IMG/VR virus record: IMGVR_UViG_3300025168_000032
Coordinates: 121,653-185,652 of that record
Source of the DNA: a virus
Length of the DNA stretch: 64,000 bases
Reading direction: 5' to 3' (one strand)
The notes beneath the pieces were generated by a model, which saw nothing but the letters and a program-made list of their open reading frames with translations, was not told where the DNA came from and ran no database searches. A program made the translations under genes and the position numbers. This document shows, piece after piece, positions 54,076 to 62,600 of the stretch (position 1 is its first letter; each line of letters opens with the position of its first letter).

Positions 54076-54780
54076 ATGAAAAGATTATTTGAAAATTGGA
54101 AGAGATACCTTGATGAAGATCAAATCGATGAAAGGTTAATGCTCAAAAAAGGTAAAATGGGGTGGTGGCAATACTCTAAGTTAGTTGCCGAAGCCTATAA
54201 AACTGCTTCCAAGTATGACTCTGAGGCCGAAAGAGGCTATATGGTCCTTGCTGAGTGGCTTGACAAGCACTTCGGGCGATTAAAAAGCCGGGTAAAGTTT
54301 AAATTTGTCCCTGAGCATGTGTATACCTCTGCAAAAGACCTAAAATCTAGAGTCAATGCTGAAGGTGTGATGTACGTTTCTACTCTTGATGCTGAACATC
54401 CAGTGTGGAAAGGAGAAGAGGGTCTTATAACTAATACAATGTTCCGGGCTTGGCACGATTGGGAAGGACATATCGTCAAAAAGAAGGGCTTTACCCTTGC
54501 CGGAGAGATAGGAGCGTACAACGCTCATGCTAAAATTGTTCCAAGAGCAGCAATTCCAGTGCTTTTTACTGAAGTTGTCGGGCAAATATGTTGTTTTTAC
54601 CAGTCCGGTAAGAGAAACTGCATACAAAAGGCAGTGATCCTACCAGAATTCGATTATATTAACGTTGGACAGCTAACAAAAGAGGGCGAAAAGCGTTTTG
54701 GAGTGCAAGTGAACCCCATGACTAAGCTTTTGGAGCCAATAAATAGTGAAACCTCACCGGAAACAAGCGAAAATGAGTAA
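54076..54780 (+). CDS. Hypothetical protein with MKRLFENWKRYLDE leader
   Basis: FRAWHDWEGH, GEIGAY.AH, FTEVVGQ. Confidence 0.6.
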   Translation: MKRLFENWKRYLDEDQIDERLMLKKGKMGWWQYSKLVAEAYKTASKYDSEAERGYMVLAEWLDKHFGRLKSRVKFKFVPEHVYTSAKDLKSRVNAEGVMYVSTLDAEHPVWKGEEGLITNTMFRAWHDWEGHIVKKKGFTLAGEIGAYNAHAKIVPRAAIPVLFTEVVGQICCFYQSGKRNCIQKAVILPEFDYINVGQLTKEGEKRFGVQVNPMTKLLEPINSETSPETSENE

Positions 54781-55957
54781 AACCATCACGTTTGACTTCG
54801 ATAATACTATTGCGATGTCCCATATGGACCTTTCAAGTGACAAAGTGCAGTATGTTTTCGAAGAATACAACGATAAAGTCGTCAATTTGATGAAAAAACA
54901 CATAAATGATGGCGATAATGTTCATATCGTAACCGCAAGGGATGTAGAAAAAGAAAAATTGTTCCCAAACGACACGGTTAGGGCACATCTTGATAAGCTC
55001 TCGTTAAGCGACTATTTTACGGACGAAAGGATTCACTACACTAACGATACCCCAAAGATAAAAACTCTTAAAAAATTGGGCTCTATGCTCCATTATGACG
55101 ACAATATGCAAGAGCATATAGATAACTTTGGAGGAATATCGGTAAAAAACCCCTACGATTTCTACCCAGACACCGAATTTGTAGCAAAAGCGATCATGTA
55201 TGACATGAATAACAATGTTTTGATACTGAAGAGGACTGATGAGGGTGAAAAATGGGACATACCCGGTGGCCATTTGAAGGATATCGAGGTAAAAAGAGGT
55301 GATTTAGGCTTCAAAGGGGGGTTAGAACGGGAAGTTGCAGAGGAAACCGGGCTAATTTTGCCGTTTTCGAAGGAAATTGGCATGTCTGACTTTACTTTTA
55401 AGGGTGAAAATAGCAAAATCACTATGTTTTTGTCTAAATTCGAGACCTCCATGCCCGATGTTAACCTAAAAATGCAAGGATTTCAAGAAAATAGCCAATT
55501 TAAGTGGGTTTCTTTGGAAAAAATTGATAAATTTGTCGAAAATGGCACCCAAGTGATGCGGAAAGCGATAGAAATGGCTAAAAAACACGGAATACTGACC
55601 GAAATCGAACATTTTCAGGTCAAAATGAAGTCAAAACACCGAAAAATGAAGTCAAAACTCATTGGACTGGGCGGGAACAAGGGGTTTGGTGGCGGAAAAG
55701 GGCATTCAGAGCCTAAAATGGGCCGATCAAAGAGTGCTCCACCCGGTTTTGGGGCTCTCGGAGAGGAGAATAAGGGCCCTAAACGCTCTATTAGGATCAA
55801 AATAGTGCAAAATATGACAGAAAAACGCCGTAAAAAGCGTAAAAAACGCCGCAAAAAGTCCCAAAAAAGGGGCAAATTCTTCCCTTATGGGGGGAGTTTT
55901 CCACACCACGGCCACTCTGATGGGAGTGACGGGGGTGATGGTGGCGGCGGAGAATAG
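54773..55957 (+). CDS. HAD-like phosphatase fused to Nudix hydrolase
   Basis: FDFDNTI, VTAR, HYDD; WDIPGGH...LEREVAEETGL Nudix box. Confidence 0.78.
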   Translation: MSKTITFDFDNTIAMSHMDLSSDKVQYVFEEYNDKVVNLMKKHINDGDNVHIVTARDVEKEKLFPNDTVRAHLDKLSLSDYFTDERIHYTNDTPKIKTLKKLGSMLHYDDNMQEHIDNFGGISVKNPYDFYPDTEFVAKAIMYDMNNNVLILKRTDEGEKWDIPGGHLKDIEVKRGDLGFKGGLEREVAEETGLILPFSKEIGMSDFTFKGENSKITMFLSKFETSMPDVNLKMQGFQENSQFKWVSLEKIDKFVENGTQVMRKAIEMAKKHGILTEIEHFQVKMKSKHRKMKSKLIGLGGNKGFGGGKGHSEPKMGRSKSAPPGFGALGEENKGPKRSIRIKIVQNMTEKRRKKRKKRRKKSQKRGKFFPYGGSFPHHGHSDGSDGGDGGGGE

Positions 55958-55993
55958 GTTTATTACCACACTAGTTATAATAAAGAGGTGTTT

Positions 55994-56311
55994 ATGATGG
56001 ATCAGACATATTATTCAAAGGAATATGAGGCAAACTTCATCAAATTGGCTGCTAAACTGAGTGGTTGGACCAAAGCTAAGGATGGCACTCTGTTAGAACC
56101 AGCAAGAATACTTGGAGGCGGCAAAGGTTTCTATTGGTCTATCTCAGATAAAAGTTTTGTGTGGGTTGATAGAGATTTGGAATGGTACCTTGTTAGCGGA
56201 GTCCCTCCTGATGATCAAGGCAGGTTATGTTTATACTCTCCGTTTATCTTTGCAAGTGGTGTTATTTGTAGAGTTCCACCAAAAGAAATAGAACTTATAG
56301 GATTTAATTAA
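55994..56311 (+). CDS. Hypothetical protein
   Basis: GAGG RBS; CTAGTTA at 55971. Confidence 0.55.
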   Translation: MMDQTYYSKEYEANFIKLAAKLSGWTKAKDGTLLEPARILGGGKGFYWSISDKSFVWVDRDLEWYLVSGVPPDDQGRLCLYSPFIFASGVICRVPPKEIELIGFN

Positions 56312-56436
56312 TGGGAAAAGCAATATTTAATATTATTGGGCTAATGTGCGTTCTGTTAGCTTATGTAATTATAGGTTTTGAACCTGTGTGTTTAGCGCTA
56401 ATATACATGCTATACATAGAATATAGATATGATTGA
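56311..56436 (+). CDS. 41-aa membrane peptide
   Basis: MGKAIFNIIGLMCVLLAYVIIG... Confidence 0.4.
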   Translation: MGKAIFNIIGLMCVLLAYVIIGFEPVCLALIYMLYIEYRYD

Positions 56437-56667
56437 AAACAACTACCCATTTGGATCTTCTATTGTAAAAGATATTAAAGAAGGGGACCTTGTTCACTGG
56501 AATGATTGGAAAGTTATAGATAAGAAACTTACGAAGAAAAAGAAATTTGGCGTGTTTTTAAAAAAAAAATTAAGTTCGTAGGCAATAGAGAGGTTTTATA
56601 CGGAATTATTATATCAGCAGTGTCTGGTGATATAATTGAAATCCTAGGTACGAGATTAAAAAAATAG
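56429..56667 (+). pseudogene. SH3/KOW-like gene split at an A10 homopolymer
   Basis: Frame 0 stops at TAG 56579-56581; the -1 frame continues IKFVGNREVLYGIII...LGTRLKK. Confidence 0.55.
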
Positions 56668-56683
56668 GAAACTAATTAATATT

Positions 56684-57025
56684 ATGAAAATTGTTGATCA
56701 TATTGCTGTTTTAGTATCAGATCTGAGTGCGTCTCAGGATTGGTACGAGAAAAATTGTGGTGCTGAGTTGGTATTCGAAGACCCCAAATACAAAAGAATG
56801 AAAATGAATAATACTACTATTGCGTTAATAGATAAAAAGCACTACAAAGATGCCCACTTCGGGGTTCTAGTGGGTTGTGTTAAGGACTTCCCAGATGGTG
56901 GTGAGATCGTGGCGCATAGAGACGGAACAGTTGGGTGTTATACTAAAGACCCAGACGGTAACACGGTAGAGTTTATCTACTATTCACCGGACATGAGGGA
57001 GAAATTAAACATTGATGAAATATAA
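56684..57025 (+). CDS. VOC/glyoxalase-family protein
   Basis: VDHIAVLVSDL..S..WY, HFGVLV, YTKDPDGNTVE. Confidence 0.85.
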   Translation: MKIVDHIAVLVSDLSASQDWYEKNCGAELVFEDPKYKRMKMNNTTIALIDKKHYKDAHFGVLVGCVKDFPDGGEIVAHRDGTVGCYTKDPDGNTVEFIYYSPDMREKLNIDEI

Positions 57026-57791
57026 TATTAAAAATAACTCAGGTTCTCCGATTGAGTTTGAAAATGAAGTCCATAGTCTTTGCAGATTTGCACAAAAAAG
57101 GTTTGGATTTAAGAAACCTCCAACACTGGTATTCGATCAGGATGATGCTAATGCTGGTAAAATCCTAGCAAAAACAGGGTATTATCACCCTAGCACCATG
57201 GAAATACATGTATTCATTACAGATAGGCACCCCAAGGACATCCTTCGCTCTATAGCCCATGAGTTAGTTCATCATATGCAACACGATAAAGGAGAGCTTG
57301 AACAGGAGGGATATTCAGGGGCCGGCTATGCCCAGAAAAACCCACATTTACGGGAAATGGAAAAGCAAGCCTACGAGATGGGGAACTTGTGTTTTCGTGA
57401 TTGGGAAGATGGCCTAAAACAAGAACAACCAACTATTTATAACGAAAGGAGAAATAGTAACATGTCATTAAAAGAATGGAAAAACAAAGAACTTGGTCAA
57501 AATCTCACCGAAAAATGGGGATTTAAAATGGACCTTAGTAAATTAAATGAAGGTGAAATTCCCGATCAGTTGAAACCTTTTGTAAATAAAAAGAAAGAAG
57601 ATTCTGATAACGAAGATAAGAAAGAAGATGAATCAGAAGGTAGCAGCAAGCCTGATTTTCCTGATGTAGATGGTGATGGTGATAAAAGTGAACCTATAGC
57701 CAAGGCGCAACAAGACAAGAAAGAAAAGGTAGATGAAGCCAGCAGCACTGGTGGTGTCCAAGGACATACAGGAAGCAAGGAGCGCAAATAA
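57012..57791 (+). CDS. Zincin HExxH domain fused to an acidic tail, with a nested start at 57462
   Basis: DILRSIAHELVHHMQ, EKQAY; internal CTATTTA-AAGGAG-ATG. Confidence 0.65.
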   Translation: MMKYNIKNNSGSPIEFENEVHSLCRFAQKRFGFKKPPTLVFDQDDANAGKILAKTGYYHPSTMEIHVFITDRHPKDILRSIAHELVHHMQHDKGELEQEGYSGAGYAQKNPHLREMEKQAYEMGNLCFRDWEDGLKQEQPTIYNERRNSNMSLKEWKNKELGQNLTEKWGFKMDLSKLNEGEIPDQLKPFVNKKKEDSDNEDKKEDESEGSSKPDFPDVDGDGDKSEPIAKAQQDKKEKVDEASSTGGVQGHTGSKERK

Positions 57792-58543
57792 TGAACAATC
57801 ATGAAAAAGCTTTAAGACAAGTTGTAAGAAAAAAGATTCATGAGCACATGATAGAACAACGAAAAAGTGAACACACTTTAAGGTTAGTGATCAGAAAAAT
57901 GCTCAAAGAAGGTGACTTATCTGATGTACACCCGAATCGTTCTACAGGAATCAATACCCTTGAGGATGTTCTAAAGAAATCAATTCCGACTCTAAGGACA
58001 GATTTTAAACGACTGACAACTGACAAAAAACAGCGAGACTCTTTCCGCGCTCATATTGTTAAAGCGGTAAAAGACGCCATCATGCCAGAAATGGTAAAAG
58101 GTTCTTATGGTATTGGTGATGCAGGTGGATCTGCAAGTGCTCTTTTATCTGAACCTGTCAACGGGGCTACACCAGAGGGGGAGGAATCCCTAGACTCAGA
58201 TTTGTCTGATCTAGAAGAGGCCGATATCCAAATTGATGTTGGTGACGAAGATAAGAAGATCCCCGTTGAAGCCGATGACGTTCCATCTGCTGAAGAGGAC
58301 TTCGGTTCAGGTCTTGAAGATATGGATGAAACTGGTCGTAATATGGCTTACACTTCTTTTCGTAAGATATCTCAATATGTTCTTGATGCATATGACTCAC
58401 TTGCAAACCCGAAAGACAAGGAAATTTTCCTTGACTATCTTGTAACAAATTTGAAACTTTATTTTGATAAATTTGAGGATGAACTCCAAAGCACAGTTGA
58501 AGAACCAACAACAAGTGAATATGATAATATGAAAAATGCATAA
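57791..58543 (+). CDS. Hypothetical acidic protein
   Basis: LRQVVRKKIHE and LRLVIRKMLKE leader-like helices. Confidence 0.55.
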   Translation: MNNHEKALRQVVRKKIHEHMIEQRKSEHTLRLVIRKMLKEGDLSDVHPNRSTGINTLEDVLKKSIPTLRTDFKRLTTDKKQRDSFRAHIVKAVKDAIMPEMVKGSYGIGDAGGSASALLSEPVNGATPEGEESLDSDLSDLEEADIQIDVGDEDKKIPVEADDVPSAEEDFGSGLEDMDETGRNMAYTSFRKISQYVLDAYDSLANPKDKEIFLDYLVTNLKLYFDKFEDELQSTVEEPTTSEYDNMKNA

Positions 58544-58579
58544 TATATTATAACCTATTGCTAAACTGGTGTCAACTCA

Positions 58580-58957
58580 ATGTGGAAGAAAAAATTAAGA
58601 GAATATAAAGGTAAGAACTATAAATATTCTTTACGACAGAAACTGAAAAGAGAGAGAAAAACCTCTGATGATTTTGAGGGTATGCTTCATAATTTGACCA
58701 TAGAAGAAATACTTGGGTTGAAACTCGAGCTTGCCGCTTCTCATATCAATAATAAACTGTACAATTTCCCTGTTTACCGATCAATTAGGTACATTGTGAA
58801 AGAGGCCTGTCTACATTTCGCTCTATCTTCTACCAGAACATTTAGAGATGCTGCTTCTTTTCTTGGCATGAGGGAAGGAGATTTGAGAAAAGAAGTTAAT
58901 AGATATCAAATCGATTTGTCTGAAATGACGTATGATTCGTTTGAGGAACCTATTTAG
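58580..58957 (+). CDS. Protein with C-terminal Fis-like HTH
   Basis: FALSSTRTFRDAASFLGM...L.K...RY. Confidence 0.5.
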   Translation: MWKKKLREYKGKNYKYSLRQKLKRERKTSDDFEGMLHNLTIEEILGLKLELAASHINNKLYNFPVYRSIRYIVKEACLHFALSSTRTFRDAASFLGMREGDLRKEVNRYQIDLSEMTYDSFEEPI

Positions 58958-58977
58958 TGTAAAAAGGAGATTTTTAA

Positions 58978-59346
58978 ATGAAATTAACAGCTAAATTACT
59001 TAAACAGATTATTAAAGAAGAATTGCAAAATAATTTAAACGAAGAATGTGGAGAAATGCCAATGGAAACTCCTGAGATTGGTATTGCTCATGATGACCAA
59101 CCTTGTGGTTGCCCTGATATGGCCCATTATCACGATAATGATGAAGGAAGTATGTCTCGATCTCAATTAATGCATATGAAGGGTTATGTTGATCAGTTAA
59201 TGCATATGATTCAAGACCAAGACAATCTCCCTGAGTGGGTTGAGAGTAAAATCACCTTAGCAAATGATTATATTGCTAAGGTAAAACACTACCTTGAAGG
59301 TGAAATGGCTAGAGATCAAGGGATGTTAGAAAATAAAATGAAGTAA
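58978..59346 (+). CDS. Protein with MKLTAKLLKQIIKEE leader
   Basis: EGSMSRSQL, LPEWVESKIT.A.DYI..V.HYL; CTATTTA at 58950. Confidence 0.6.
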   Translation: MKLTAKLLKQIIKEELQNNLNEECGEMPMETPEIGIAHDDQPCGCPDMAHYHDNDEGSMSRSQLMHMKGYVDQLMHMIQDQDNLPEWVESKITLANDYIAKVKHYLEGEMARDQGMLENKMK

Positions 59347-59353
59347 AGAATAC

Positions 59354-59382
59354 TTGACAAATCTCTATTATAGTGTTAGTAT
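59354..59382 (+). promoter_or_regulatory. sigma70-type promoter in a very AT-rich leader
   Basis: TTGACA-N17-TAGTAT with TG extension. Confidence 0.65.
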
Positions 59383-59435
59383 AATATATAAATTATTAAT
59401 TAATAAAATATTAATATTATAATAGGAATATATAT

Positions 59436-60242
59436 ATGATAAATAATAAAATAGTATTATTTGATATGGATGGTACTTTAACTGAACCTAGAGGTCTTTT
59501 TGATACAGAGTTATTATTATCACTTAGAAAACTTTCTCAACATACTGAAATAGGAATTCTTACTGGTAGTGATTTGAAATATATTGAGTCTCAATTATTA
59601 AGACTTCTAAAGTTTTCAGAAATTAGATTCAAACTGCATCTTCTTCCCTGTAATGGTACAAAATATTATAAACCACCAGTTTATTCTAAAGATGAATTCA
59701 CCCTTGTAAGTGAAAATGATATGGCTGCTGAATTGAGCGATAGTTGTTTAAAAGAACTTTTTAGGATTCTTACAAAGTCACAAGCTTCCGTTTGTTATGA
59801 ACAAATACCATTAACAGGTCATTTTATTGATTATCGTGGATCTATGATAAATTGGTGTCCTATCGGTAGAAATGCAACAGCGAAACAAAGAGAAGAGTTT
59901 GTTGCCTTCGATAAAGAACGTAATTTTAGAAAACGTTTGATGGATAATTTAAAAACCAAAATTTCTTTAAGATGCCCAAACAAGATTGATGTTAAGTTAG
60001 GGGGAGAGACCTCTTTCGATATATACCCTATTGGTTGGGACAAAACTTATGGTCTTAAACATTTTTCAGATTACGAATGCTGGTTTGTTGGCGACAGATG
60101 CTTTCCCGGAGGGAATGATTATGAGATTTATGAGAAACTTTCAGTTAATGGTCGCGCATTTAAGACTTCAGACACAATAGAGACTGGGATAATCATAAGA
60201 GAACAAATCATTCCAAAACTTAAAGGAGAAAATAATGAATGA
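59436..60242 (+). CDS. Phosphomannomutase-like HAD-IIB enzyme
   Basis: LFDMDGTLT.PR, TGSD, R.SMINWCPIGRN, GGETSFDIYP.GWDKT, FVGDR...GGNDYE. Confidence 0.88.
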   Translation: MINNKIVLFDMDGTLTEPRGLFDTELLLSLRKLSQHTEIGILTGSDLKYIESQLLRLLKFSEIRFKLHLLPCNGTKYYKPPVYSKDEFTLVSENDMAAELSDSCLKELFRILTKSQASVCYEQIPLTGHFIDYRGSMINWCPIGRNATAKQREEFVAFDKERNFRKRLMDNLKTKISLRCPNKIDVKLGGETSFDIYPIGWDKTYGLKHFSDYECWFVGDRCFPGGNDYEIYEKLSVNGRAFKTSDTIETGIIIREQIIPKLKGENNE

Positions 60243-60393
60243 AATTTTAAAAAGTAAAAATATGAGTTTGGTCTGCACCATTGCAAATTCTCTATTTGCA
60301 ATCCACTCATTTTCCAATGGTAGTTGGTTATTCGGCCTAATGTGTGTAGGATTTGCAATATTCTGCGGAAGAAATTATCTTAAGCACCCATAG
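60235..60393 (+). CDS. 52-aa membrane peptide
   Basis: AAGGAG RBS; hydrophobic. Confidence 0.4.
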   Translation: MNEILKSKNMSLVCTIANSLFAIHSFSNGSWLFGLMCVGFAIFCGRNYLKHP

Positions 60394-60402
60394 CTCAACT
60401 TT

Positions 60403-60474
60403 GCATCCATGGTGAAAGGGATATCACTAGGGACTTCTAATCCCTCGTTCTAGGTTCGAATCCTAGTGGATGTA
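60403..60474 (+). tRNA. tRNA-Arg(TCT), CCA not encoded
   Basis: GCATCCA/TGGATGT acceptor; GTGA/TCAC D-stem; AGGGA-CTTCTAA-TCCCT; GGTTCGAATCC. Confidence 0.92.
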
Positions 60475-60481
60475 TTTTAAT

Positions 60482-60554
60482 GCTGGTGTAGCTCAACTGG
60501 TAGAGCACCGGTTTTGTAAACCGGGGGTTAAGGGTTCAAGTCCCTTCACTAGCT
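60482..60554 (+). tRNA. tRNA-Thr(TGT), CCA not encoded
   Basis: GCTGGTG/CACTAGC acceptor; CCGGT-TTTGTAA-ACCGG; GGTTCAAGTCC. Confidence 0.94.
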
Positions 60555-60570
60555 TTCTTATGGAGATCAA

Positions 60571-61011
60571 ATGACAAAACGAGTATTTTTAATATTGTGC
60601 CTGCTGATGAGTATAACAGCCCAAGCAGCACCACAGGAAACTCTTTCCAAAGAGAAGGATCATAGAATTGCTGTTATTTTGGAACTTTTTATTCCGATGG
60701 CCGGTAACATATATGCAGACAATAGTGTAAGAGGGTTGGCGCCTAATTTGGTTGGGGCCACCGGTTCTGCTCTTTTGGCGGTTGGTTCATTTAACCATTT
60801 CACCTATGACATTTCTAATGGACTCAGTGGCAGTCCTATGACCGAGAAGCAGGCTAATATTTACCTCTCTATGGCAATTCTAGGTAGAACTTGGGCGCTA
60901 ATAGAGTGCTTTCAGGGCACGACCAGATACAACAAAAAATTGTATGCGATCAACCCAACTATCTTACCTACTAACGATGGTATTACATATGGAATACAGA
61001 TAGAGTTCTAA
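60571..61011 (+). CDS. Secreted or membrane protein
   Basis: Signal peptide ending AQA; C-terminal YGIQIEF. Confidence 0.55.
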   Translation: MTKRVFLILCLLMSITAQAAPQETLSKEKDHRIAVILELFIPMAGNIYADNSVRGLAPNLVGATGSALLAVGSFNHFTYDISNGLSGSPMTEKQANIYLSMAILGRTWALIECFQGTTRYNKKLYAINPTILPTNDGITYGIQIEF

Positions 61012-61037
61012 TACAGATTACAAAAATACTGTTTCGT

Positions 61038-61066
61038 TTGACAAACTCTAATTAATATGTTATACT
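61038..61066 (+). promoter_or_regulatory. sigma70-type promoter
   Basis: TTGACA-N17-TATACT with TG extension. Confidence 0.8.
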
Positions 61067-61084
61067 ATAAAGGAGAAAAGGCAA

Positions 61085-61408
61085 ATGAAAATTTTTTATT
61101 TAAAACGAGATGAAGATGAAAGTGGGATAAGCGGCACTGGCCGAGTAGCCCAAGGATTTATTTTTGATAATGGTAAAGTAGCTGTCTCATGGTTATCGGA
61201 ACACCCAAGTGTTACAATCTATGATAACATTGGGGAAGTTCATGCAATTCATGGCCATGGTGGAAAAACGGAAGTGGTAATGGAACCAGATTATAAGAGA
61301 GCGTTTGGGGAATTAAAGTCTTTTGTAGACAATTTTAAACTCTCTGATATAATGTCTGAAAAGCTTGCGCCTGAATCTCCTGCGTCTAAACTCTTTTCTA
61401 AAAACTAA
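61085..61408 (+). CDS. Conserved-type phage hypothetical protein
   Basis: F.L.R.ED.SG.SGTG.VA.G, IHGHGGKT. Confidence 0.6.
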   Translation: MKIFYLKRDEDESGISGTGRVAQGFIFDNGKVAVSWLSEHPSVTIYDNIGEVHAIHGHGGKTEVVMEPDYKRAFGELKSFVDNFKLSDIMSEKLAPESPASKLFSKN

Positions 61409-61416
61409 TTCATTAT

Positions 61417-61902
61417 GTGTATAAATCAAACTGGAACAAATTTACTCTCAAATTGGACGCTGCATGGCGACCTTTGGATATCATTGGCTCCTTTAAGGCG
61501 TTCAACATGGTACTAACTGAAAGAGCCAATCAAGTTGCGGCCTACGAAGACGGAACCCCAGCAGTGATTGTGTTAAACAAATACGTTAGAAAATTTCCAT
61601 TTAGTTTAAGCTGTAATCGTAAGAACGTGTTTTGGAGAGATGAGAATCAATGTCAATACTGTTTAAATATGTTTAATTATTCTGAATTGACGATGGATCA
61701 TGTTAACCCTAAATCTAACGGTGGTCCTAAAGTGTGGGAAAATATTGTTACTTGCTGTAAGCACTGTAACAGTAAGAAGAAAAATAGAACGCCAAAGGAG
61801 GCCAATATGCCCCTAATGAGAAGGCCATACGCACCGAGGGTTAAAATGATAGACCTGTATCGTAATGTTGAAATAGTAAAAGAGTGGGAACAATTTTTAT
61901 AG
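61417..61902 (+). CDS. HNH endonuclease (McrA-like)
   Basis: RD..QCQYC, TMDHV.P...GG...WEN.VTCC..CN..K.NRTP. Confidence 0.9.
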   Translation: MYKSNWNKFTLKLDAAWRPLDIIGSFKAFNMVLTERANQVAAYEDGTPAVIVLNKYVRKFPFSLSCNRKNVFWRDENQCQYCLNMFNYSELTMDHVNPKSNGGPKVWENIVTCCKHCNSKKKNRTPKEANMPLMRRPYAPRVKMIDLYRNVEIVKEWEQFL

Positions 61903-61910
61903 GAGTTAAA

Positions 61911-62351
61911 ATGAAAGTACCAACTATAATCGTGAGTGGGGGTTTTGATCCTATTCACAAGGGACACGTCCAAATGATACGAGAAGCTGCTGAGTACGGT
62001 AGAGTTATCGTAATATTGAATTCGGATGATTGGTTAATAAGAAAAAAAGGATATAAATTTATGTCCTTTGAAGAACGTGCATACATTGCAGGAAGTATCA
62101 AAGGTGTTGGTATCGTATCAAATGTAGACGATCAAGATGGAACAGTCTGTGATGCTTTAAAAAGGTTTAAACCTGATTATTTTGCCAATGGCGGAGATCG
62201 TCTTGAGAAAAACACCCCAGAAATGAACATTTGTAAGGAATTGGAAATTAAGATGCTTTGGAATGTTGGTGGTGGAAAAATACAATCGTCTTCTGATTTG
62301 GTATACAATTCACAACTTAAAAGGAGAGTGGTCAATGGCCAAGAATTTTGA
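61911..62351 (+). CDS. Cytidylyltransferase-like (HxGH, RfaE/TagD family)
   Basis: VSGGFDPIHKGH, LNSDDWL.RKKG, FANGGDR, KIQSSS. Confidence 0.88.
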   Translation: MKVPTIIVSGGFDPIHKGHVQMIREAAEYGRVIVILNSDDWLIRKKGYKFMSFEERAYIAGSIKGVGIVSNVDDQDGTVCDALKRFKPDYFANGGDRLEKNTPEMNICKELEIKMLWNVGGGKIQSSSDLVYNSQLKRRVVNGQEF

Positions 62352-62586
62352 TTTTACAACGATGGATCTTTTGTTAGAGAGATTACAAGAAAACCCAAAC
62401 CCAGATATGGTCGCAGTTGTTAATGACCTGATTATGCTAACAAAGAAAGCTGGGGATCTTGGCTTCACAATGAAAGAGATAGCTAGTTTAAGTACAATGG
62501 GCTTTTTCATATCACAGGAGCCCGAATTACAGAGTTTGTTAAACTTTATGTTAGGAAAAATACAACCAGACGGCGTATATAATTAA
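62335..62586 (+). CDS. Hypothetical helical protein
   Basis: AGGAG RBS. Confidence 0.5.
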   Translation: MAKNFDFTTMDLLLERLQENPNPDMVAVVNDLIMLTKKAGDLGFTMKEIASLSTMGFFISQEPELQSLLNFMLGKIQPDGVYN

Positions 62587-62600
62587 ACAATTTTAAGGTT

